DNA of 34,766 nt from a bacterium (GTDB lineage: Bacteria; SZUA-182; DTGQ01): contig JBFMGO010000059.1 of NCBI GenBank assembly GCA_040752695.1, forward strand, positions 1-34,766, written 5' to 3'. Within the stretch, counting starts at the first letter, position 1, and the number at the start of each line of letters is the position of its first letter. Below, one piece after another: positions 28,206 to 34,766 of this stretch. A program made the position numbers and the translations under genes. A model generated the notes under the pieces. That model worked only from the letters and a program-made list of their open reading frames with translations, ran no database searches and was not told the origin of the DNA.

Positions 28206-30701
28206 TTATGGCCGCCCGAGAAAGGCGTTGATGACCCTGGTCACCTCATCGATAGTCACCCGGCCATCGTTGTTGAGATCCCCGGGAAGCCCCGATGAGG
28301 AAGTGCATCCTTCATTGCCGATCTCGATGGTGTAATGATCGTTAAACTCCCTCCCGTACAGGTAAGTGTATCCATCCGTAGCGCGAGAGCGTGCTACCAG
28401 CCTGAACTGGTAAGCGCACGGATGCCATTGGTCCCACGTGCCGGGCAGAGAGAATTCCTGCTGGGTAACGCCCATCCAGCTATGGGGGGATGAGGAAGTT
28501 GCGGTTGCATAGGTTTCGGAGTGAATGAGACCGCCCGGTTTGTTCTTTCCCCACAGGCAATCCAGTGAGAAGTAATCCAGATATCCTTCAGGATGCGAGG
28601 CGGTAATAACAAAGCGCAGGTTTTCCTGGGTATGGTTAAGGTGAATGACTGCACACTCGGGGATATTGCCGTCAACGGCAGGATCATATTCAGGGCTGCC
28701 CGGGGTATATTTAACCCAGTGGATTTTGGCTTCTACCTGGCTGTTGTTGACGATAACGATCAAGTGGTCGAGGTCAGTGGGAGAGACGGTGAGGGGATCG
28801 GAAGAACCGGGGGTGACTTCGATCAGATTCTTCGCCGTACTATCCAGGCGGAAGGCCCGATACTTCAGGGTATATTTTCCGTTCTGCCAGGCAGTGGTGT
28901 CCCAGATCATGCGAAGGCTCGGCTGGGACCAGTAGACTCCCTTGTTCAACTCATAGAGAGAGGACAGGCCGCCCATCACTTTCGGCCCTAAAGAGACAAT
29001 TTCATGATTGACTTTTTGCCCATCGAGAACGGACCTTACCTTGGCCAGAGGATCGTTTAAGGGGACAAAATCACTCGCACCGGGTGCGGTGTTGCCATTC
29101 CATCTGCCGATCAGGATCTGGTAATAATCGACCTTGTCATCCATCCCGAACTGACCGAAAAGCCTGATCTGACCTCCAAAGGGGCAGTCCACCCACTGAT
29201 GAATTTTCAGCTTTGAAGCAGCAGTGGAGCTGACCCTGGCCAGTCCGAAGGATGGATCGGACTGGTTCTGGGGAATTTCGGAAGTCGGAATATTCCCGAC
29301 ATCGGTAAAGATAAAGCCGCTGCCTGCACTGAGCCCTGTTCCCGGCACAGCCCCGAACCCGCCATAGGCACCCATATCGTTTCTGGTCCCGTCCGGGTCA
29401 TTGTAGACGGGCTTCGGATCGCCCATATCGATGCAGGGAGAGTCTGTGGCCAGATGATAATCCCCCTGCCCGGCATTCACGAACATCGGATCAGCGCAGA
29501 TGTCCCCAACCCCCGGAGCGGAAACGCCGCCAGTCTGCTGATTGTAATCGTCTCCATTCCCCCATACATCATTGTAGGAAATGGCGGGAGCGGCACCATA
29601 GATAGCACAGATGCCGAAGCCGTTCTGGGTAATGATATTATTCATAATGGTTGGCGAGCACTTGTAACACCAGACCCCGTCATACTGGTTGCCGGTGATG
29701 GTGTTGTTGATAACCACGGTGCCGCCCGATTTTTCCCAGGCTACATAGATTCCGACCTCCTGACCGAAGATCAGGTTATTATTGATAGACAGGATCGAAC
29801 TGAGGCAGCAGATGCCATAGTCGGTGTAGGGATTGTCGCTGTAGCCGTTTTCGTTAAAGATGTTATTCTGAATGATGGCGGAGGAATCCGAAGTCACGAT
29901 TCCATCCTTGTTTTTGGAAATCCGGTTATTGGCAATGGTCACATCGGAACTGGAGGAAAGAAAGATGCCGGCGTGATCAGAACCGCTGTTGGTGATGGTG
30001 AAACCGCCGATTCGGCAGGAATCGGCTTTGGTGATCGTTACTACGTGATCTTTTCCATTTCCGGAGATAATACTCCCGTTCACCAAAAACGGAAGCGGAT
30101 TGGGAATGACAAGCGGCTGGCCGGTATAAACCGTACCGTAGGAGGGAATCTTGACGGTCGAGCCAAGCACGCCGGGATATTCAATGTCCTTCGAAAGAGG
30201 CTGGAGGATGACAGAGACTGGCCGGATCAGATTCCCCAGAACAGGTATCGCTGCCGAGGTTGTTGCTGTTGTTACCGCTGTTGATGCCGGGATGAATAGA
30301 TCATCTCTCCCCCGGATGATCTCTCCGGAGAAGATCCTTTCAGGAGAGATGATAATGGATTCCGGCGGTGGGTCCGGGAGGATGGGCTTGATCGGGTACT
30401 TGGCGATCAACAATTCATCCGGTTTCAGCAATCCGATGCTCGTCGAGGGTGGCTGCGGAATCCATGCGGTTGCCCCCGATCCTATCAATTCCACACGTTT
30501 ATTGATGATGATATTTTCATAATATACGCCGGGACCGACCTTGATGATATCGCCGGGGGATGCTGCATTGATGGCAGCCTGGATGGTCGTGTAATTTCCT
30601 CCGCTTTTTTGTACAGTGATAACATTAGCCAGAGCGGCAGTGGCCGTGAGCTGAAAAGCCACCATACATACTGCAACGATAATAGTGAGTTTTACTTTCA
30701 T
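28206..30701 (-). CDS. Secreted right-handed beta-helix (pectin lyase/NosD-like) protein with an uncharacterised central domain and one C-terminal dockerin-like repeat
   Basis: Signal peptide MKVKL...ALA; YTTIQAAINAASPGDIIKVGPGVYYENI; NN-ladder repeats; DPMFV...DYHLATDSPCIDMG...NDMGAYGG; GDLNNDGRVTIDEVTRVINAFLG; GGAGG RBS. Confidence 0.85.
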   Translation of the reverse strand: MKVKLTIIVAVCMVAFQLTATAALANVITVQKSGGNYTTIQAAINAASPGDIIKVGPGVYYENIIINKRVELIGSGATAWIPQPPSTSIGLLKPDELLIAKYPIKPILPDPPPESIIISPERIFSGEIIRGRDDLFIPASTAVTTATTSAAIPVLGNLIRPVSVILQPLSKDIEYPGVLGSTVKIPSYGTVYTGQPLVIPNPLPFLVNGSIISGNGKDHVVTITKADSCRIGGFTITNSGSDHAGIFLSSSSDVTIANNRISKNKDGIVTSDSSAIIQNNIFNENGYSDNPYTDYGICCLSSILSINNNLIFGQEVGIYVAWEKSGGTVVINNTITGNQYDGVWCYKCSPTIMNNIITQNGFGICAIYGAAPAISYNDVWGNGDDYNQQTGGVSAPGVGDICADPMFVNAGQGDYHLATDSPCIDMGDPKPVYNDPDGTRNDMGAYGGFGAVPGTGLSAGSGFIFTDVGNIPTSEIPQNQSDPSFGLARVSSTAASKLKIHQWVDCPFGGQIRLFGQFGMDDKVDYYQILIGRWNGNTAPGASDFVPLNDPLAKVRSVLDGQKVNHEIVSLGPKVMGGLSSLYELNKGVYWSQPSLRMIWDTTAWQNGKYTLKYRAFRLDSTAKNLIEVTPGSSDPLTVSPTDLDHLIVIVNNSQVEAKIHWVKYTPGSPEYDPAVDGNIPECAVIHLNHTQENLRFVITASHPEGYLDYFSLDCLWGKNKPGGLIHSETYATATSSSPHSWMGVTQQEFSLPGTWDQWHPCAYQFRLVARSRATDGYTYLYGREFNDHYTIEIGNEGCTSSSGLPGDLNNDGRVTIDEVTRVINAFLGRP

Positions 30702-30730
30702 AAACCTTTCCTCCCTCTTGCTATGAAATT

Positions 30731-30802
30731 GTAAAAACGGTAACAACGGTAAAAAAGGTGGAAACGACAAAAACGGTAAAAACATTAGAAACGTTAAAAA
30801 AG
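30731..30802. repeat. Eight degenerate 9-bp tandem repeats (consensus GTAAAAACG)
   Basis: gtaaaaacg gtaacaacg gtaaaaaag gtggaaacg acaaaaacg gtaaaaaca ttagaaacg ttaaaaaag. Confidence 0.85.
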
Positions 30803-30894
30803 ACGATATAGGCGGAGCACCAGACATGGTAAATCTCCTTATAGTGCAAGATCTTTCCTTGAGGGGATTGATATGGAGTGCAGTTACAAAAAAT

Positions 30895-30910
30895 TGCAAA
30901 ATGAATGCCA
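30895..30910 (-). promoter_or_regulatory. Sigma54 (-24/-12) promoter
   Basis: Minus strand TGGCATTCATTTTGCA versus consensus TGGCACGNNNNTTGCW, correct GG-N10-GC spacing, in front of the operon. Confidence 0.7.
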
Positions 30911-31011
30911 CAGGTTTACTGAAACCTTGCATCGGTGAATTATTACTTTAATATATTATCGTATATAATGATATATATTTTAGGAAAGAATTACACAGGG
31001 AAGATAAGAAA

Positions 31012-31061
31012 ATAATTTCCTATTATGTTATTTGTTTCATAGCCAGAAAGAAGGAAATTAT
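31012..31061. promoter_or_regulatory. Perfect 10-bp inverted repeat, possible activator site
   Basis: ATAATTTCCT-N30-AGGAAATTAT about 100-150 bp upstream of the sigma54 site. Confidence 0.35.
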
Positions 31062-31146
31062 CCTGGAAATAGTAATATCAAAAATGGTAAACTTTTATTA
31101 TAGGGGGTAAAGGTTGGTTCCTCAAACACATTATCGAGTTAAGGGA

Positions 31147-31269
31147 TCAGAAGCCGGGAATCGGGACGCCATCGGCATGGTCATCAGAGTGGCCAGGAGC
31201 ATGAGTGCAGGAGTAGCCAGCAGCGTAGGTGCCGGATAGTGCAGCAGCGGGAGTACCGGAGTTAACCAT
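31147..31269 (-). CDS. Possible 40-aa peptide or frameshifted tail of tsaA
   Basis: TGATG overlap with the tsaA stop; MVNSGTPAAALSGTYAAGYSCTHAPGHSDDHADGVPIPGF. Confidence 0.25.
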   Translation of the reverse strand: MVNSGTPAAALSGTYAAGYSCTHAPGHSDDHADGVPIPGF

Positions 31270-31727
31270 CAAGGGGGATCGTCTCTCAGATGCCTGGCGA
31301 TCCACTCAGGGACTGAGGCATCAGGGTAGCTGTCAAAATGGGGAAGGTAGGGCTTTATGTCCAGAATGGGAGTGCCATCAATAGCATCCAGCCCCTTGAC
31401 TGTTATGGTTCCCTCTTCGGGGGAAAAATCCAGTAATTCAACTACGGATAGACCGATAGGATTGGGCCGCACCGGGATTCGGGTGGCAAATATCTTGATA
31501 CGCTTGGGCTTGGGATTGTCTTTCGGCATCTTCCACTGCTTGTGCTGGCTGATCCAGAACAGGATGATCACCCGCGAAAACCCATCCAGGCCACCCAAGC
31601 CGAGCCTGTATTGTGGTTTTAGTTTAATGACGCAAGTATCCGCAGTCCAGCCGTTGCAGGGAAGGTGACGCACTTGAGTAAATCTTTTAATTTCGGAAAT
31701 TACCGTACCAATTTCTTTCAATTCCAT
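31269..31727 (-). CDS. tsaA: TsaA/TrmO-like SAM-binding protein (tRNA m6t6A37 methyltransferase family)
   Basis: GLGGLDGFSRVIILFW, FATRIPVRPNPIGLSVVEL, GLDAIDGTPILDIKPY, VPEW. Confidence 0.85.
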   Translation of the reverse strand: MELKEIGTVISEIKRFTQVRHLPCNGWTADTCVIKLKPQYRLGLGGLDGFSRVIILFWISQHKQWKMPKDNPKPKRIKIFATRIPVRPNPIGLSVVELLDFSPEEGTITVKGLDAIDGTPILDIKPYLPHFDSYPDASVPEWIARHLRDDPP

Positions 31728-31793
31728 GATTGTTTCTCCTGCCTTGTTACCCTTTTTATCGACATCCCTCCTCTGGCACTCCGGAAATTATTC

Positions 31794-31831
31794 CAGATAC
31801 TTGATATTTGGATACTGGATACTGGATGCTG
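31794..31831. repeat. Heptamer tandem repeats (TGGATAC-like)
   Basis: cagatac ttgatat t tggatac tggatac tggatgc tg. Confidence 0.6.
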
Positions 31832-31867
31832 TGCATGGATAACGGGTTGCTGGAAAGAGTCAGATAA

Positions 31868-32275
<408 letters not shown>

Positions 32276-32310
32276 CGCCAGGCAGGGGCGGACAGTTTCA
32301 TTGTAAAATT

Positions 32311-32358
32311 GTGCGAAGTGCGTGGTGCGTTTTTTTCCCGCACCTCGCACTTTCTTTT
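32311..32358 (+). terminator. Hairpin terminator after glnB
   Basis: GTGCGAAGTGCG...CGCACCTCGCAC followed by TTTCTTTT. Confidence 0.55.
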
Positions 32359-32410
32359 AAGCATGCTTGACCTTATCCCCAAATTTAAAAGTGTCCACCC
32401 TTGAATCCCT

Positions 32411-34060
32411 TTAAGAAAGGGGGAGTGGTGGGTGCCTTTGGAAGGGGGATTGATGCACATTCACAAAGATTGCATTGGAGTAGAACCACAGGTCCCTCCA
32501 GGCAGTTTCGCCGTCGTTTGAGCCTAGTAAAAAGGCGGCATCTGGCAGCGGGTTTCCGTCCATATCGGTTTCACCCGTGGTACCGGGGGCGAGATTGGTG
32601 CCTCTCAGCCGAAAGTACCCGTCTTTTTCAACATTTTCCAGCGTGTATTCGATTATCTGCCACCGGCCATCATCTTCACGCCAGTCCTGTTTCGTAAATC
32701 GGGCGAGCACCCTGGTACTCTGGTTTGTGTCTTTGTGGTAGGCTTTCTTGTCGCTTGGATCCACCCTGCCGGTCACTTCGCCCGAGATCAGGTCGAGGTG
32801 ATCGACTCTGACAGGATCACCGTGATGGTTGATCTTTGGGCTTTTGAACCGGATGGTGATCCTAAGTTTATCGCCCTTGGCAAGGTGAAGCGTCTGGCCC
32901 ATACAGGCAGACATATCGCCGGATTGCACACGGAAATCGAGGGCATCGATGAGGTCTCCCGTGACGCAGAAGGTATTGCCAGAGCGCAGGCCATGGACCA
33001 GTTCCTCAAGTGAGTACTGGCCATCGCCGTTTCTGTCTTGGACGAAGGTATAGTTTTTGGCATACTCACCCGGCCAGAAGCTGTTACTGGCAGTATGAAA
33101 GTCTGAATTGGCGAAAGTTGAAAAGACGCGACCCTCGCCCAGAAGTGCATCCCACAGCCCGCCGACTTTGGCAGCGTAGCAGCCTGCCCCGCCGTATGTG
33201 GCGCCTCCATTGGACTGGATACTGTATTCGCCGCGTATTTTTGACTTCTGGTGGCCGGGTATGCCCTCGAAGCCAAAGGCCACATCGGGTGCGGTGTTGT
33301 TGAGGTCGCGCAAATGAGCGATATCATAGCTGCGAAGCCGTTCGGGGTGAGAAGGAATAAGCCAGCTCGTATATTGACAGTTGGCCTTTAGCCATACAGC
33401 GGCGCTCAGTGCATCGATATGGGCACGCTCACTGTGCCCGAAGATCCCGATCCCATGGTCTTTCTCGCCGTTCTGCTTTGGCAGGTTACGGCTGGTATCC
33501 CTATCCAGCCTGTCGAACAGGTATTCGAATTCGCTTATTGTCTTGCCATCGTCAGCAACAATGCCTACCAGGCAGTGTTCATGGCCGGGAATGTTCCATT
33601 CAAGGCCCAAAGCGATCAGCTTGTCGGGATTGGCTGTGCGCAGGGCCAGAACCTGCGGATAGGCATAATCTCTCAGGTTCTGCCACCGCCACATAAGCCG
33701 GTGATCATCCTTGAAAACGGGATCGCCCAAAAAGGTGGTATTCAGGCCGGGATCATCCCAGTAGACTTTGTTTTCGTTCCTCTCGGAGGTGCCGCCATGC
33801 TCTGCGTTGGCCTGCCAGTCCAGGCCGAAAAGAAAGCCGTTCGATATAACCTGGCTCATGCTGAAGCTGCCGTCCGTATACAGGGTGTGCTGATGGAAAT
33901 CCCCGGCCATCCATCGGCCCGCCTTCCCGGCCGGCTGTTCTTCAGTCAGTTGCCCCCATGCCAGGGAAGTGACTGGAGCATCTTTTGAGAAGATCAGGAA
34001 AAGAGCGAAAAAGAAGATGATATTCCCGAAGATCACGCGGTTCTTCTTGTGATAACTCAT
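32411..34060 (-). CDS. Exported PHP-fold metallohydrolase
   Basis: N-terminal hydrophobic segment; WMAGDFHQHT, AEHGG, GLEWNIPGHEH, SHPER, GFEGIPGHQ, NSDFH, WFYSNAIFV; AAGGAG RBS before 34060. Confidence 0.8.
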   Translation of the reverse strand: MSYHKKNRVIFGNIIFFFALFLIFSKDAPVTSLAWGQLTEEQPAGKAGRWMAGDFHQHTLYTDGSFSMSQVISNGFLFGLDWQANAEHGGTSERNENKVYWDDPGLNTTFLGDPVFKDDHRLMWRWQNLRDYAYPQVLALRTANPDKLIALGLEWNIPGHEHCLVGIVADDGKTISEFEYLFDRLDRDTSRNLPKQNGEKDHGIGIFGHSERAHIDALSAAVWLKANCQYTSWLIPSHPERLRSYDIAHLRDLNNTAPDVAFGFEGIPGHQKSKIRGEYSIQSNGGATYGGAGCYAAKVGGLWDALLGEGRVFSTFANSDFHTASNSFWPGEYAKNYTFVQDRNGDGQYSLEELVHGLRSGNTFCVTGDLIDALDFRVQSGDMSACMGQTLHLAKGDKLRITIRFKSPKINHHGDPVRVDHLDLISGEVTGRVDPSDKKAYHKDTNQSTRVLARFTKQDWREDDGRWQIIEYTLENVEKDGYFRLRGTNLAPGTTGETDMDGNPLPDAAFLLGSNDGETAWRDLWFYSNAIFVNVHQSPFQRHPPLPLS

Positions 34061-34349
34061 ATGCCGATAGTTCTCCTTTCTTTTTCGTGGGATCTTTGTC
34101 CCCTTAAAGCGGCTTCCCGCCGCAGATGGATGATAACAGGAAGTAGCTATCTGGGCTATGGGGTATTCTTCAGCCCGATTCAATGTTTTTTGACTTTTAG
34201 ATCATGAATGTTAGGAAATTATGAGGATTTCCTCATGCCCAGCCTCCTGTTCAACCAGCAAGTATCTGAAAATCTAAAATTATTTGAAATCAGGACCTCC
34301 ATACGTGTAAAATATCTAATATGCTATTTCATTCGGAGGACTTCCATCT

Positions 34350-34760
34350 ATGGAAAAGAAAGCAGTAATAAAAAATGGATTAACCAAAAAGATCATTCAC
34401 TTTGAGCTGCTAGGATTCGGAATTGTCATACTCTTATTATGGCTTGACGAAGTGATTGACCTTCCTCATCTCTGCGGTGCCCCGGCGACACCGACAAATT
34501 TAGCTGAATGCCTTTTTGAAACCTTTTATGTCTGGGCCCTGGGTGTTTTTGTAATTATAGCCACCTGGAGATTCCTGAAAAGGATCAAATACCTGGAAGG
34601 TTTTTTACGTGTCTGTACATTTTGTAAAAGAATCCGGGTTGGAAACGAGTGGATTCCCATTGAGCACTATATCCAGGATCATTCCGAGGCTGAATTCTCC
34701 CATGGTTTATGCGAACAATGCATGGAAAAGCATTATGGAGTGAAAGTCACTGAGGAGTGA
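34350..34760 (+). CDS. Two-TM membrane protein with a C-terminal CxxC...HxxCxxC domain
   Basis: Two hydrophobic segments, then LEGFLRVCTFCKRIR...W...E.Y...FSHGLCEQC. Confidence 0.8.
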   Translation: MEKKAVIKNGLTKKIIHFELLGFGIVILLLWLDEVIDLPHLCGAPATPTNLAECLFETFYVWALGVFVIIATWRFLKRIKYLEGFLRVCTFCKRIRVGNEWIPIEHYIQDHSEAEFSHGLCEQCMEKHYGVKVTEE

Positions 34761-34766
34761 TACTCA

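Noticed and set aside
30075..30470. Insertion as an intein (FLVNGSIISGN resembles an intein C-terminal block)
   Set aside because: No intein N-terminal block, the next residue is Gly rather than Cys/Ser/Thr, and SIISGNG fits the host beta-helix motif
30731..30802. This or other repeat arrays as CRISPR
   Set aside because: Units are short and contiguous with no spacers; no cas genes
30828..30932. ORF-track start at 30932 for the beta-helix gene (and 34183, 20296, 4977 for others)
   Set aside because: 30932 lies upstream of the sigma54 site; the other extensions lack RBS or family similarity, so downstream starts fit better

Overview
Chromosomal window from a diderm (LPS-making) bacterium with five parts. 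(1) 1-4573: minus-strand, AT-richer surface-glycan glycosyltransferase cluster (GT2s and a WsaF-like enzyme). (2) 5028-16615: plus-strand LPS/envelope run (two GT4s, polysaccharide deacetylase, ugd, rfaE2) ending in mfd. Six toxin-antitoxin modules are wedged into four gene junctions of this run; four are broken and two look intact. The last is bracketed by a 161-bp duplication of the mfd 3' end. (3) 17564-25701: minus-strand glgE-treS(+maltokinase)-glgB-nfi. (4) 26537-30910: a sigma54-type promoter driving two secreted proteins, a beta-helix protein with a single dockerin-like repeat and a cohesin/acidic Cys-rich repeat/cohesin/dockerin protein. This pair is a candidate non-cellulosomal scaffold system. 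(5) tsaA/trmO, a PII protein lacking Tyr51, a secreted PHP metallohydrolase and a small membrane protein with a Cys/His metal motif. Several genes are followed by short degenerate tandem copies of their own stop-codon region. All calls rest on motif recognition by eye; no searches were run.
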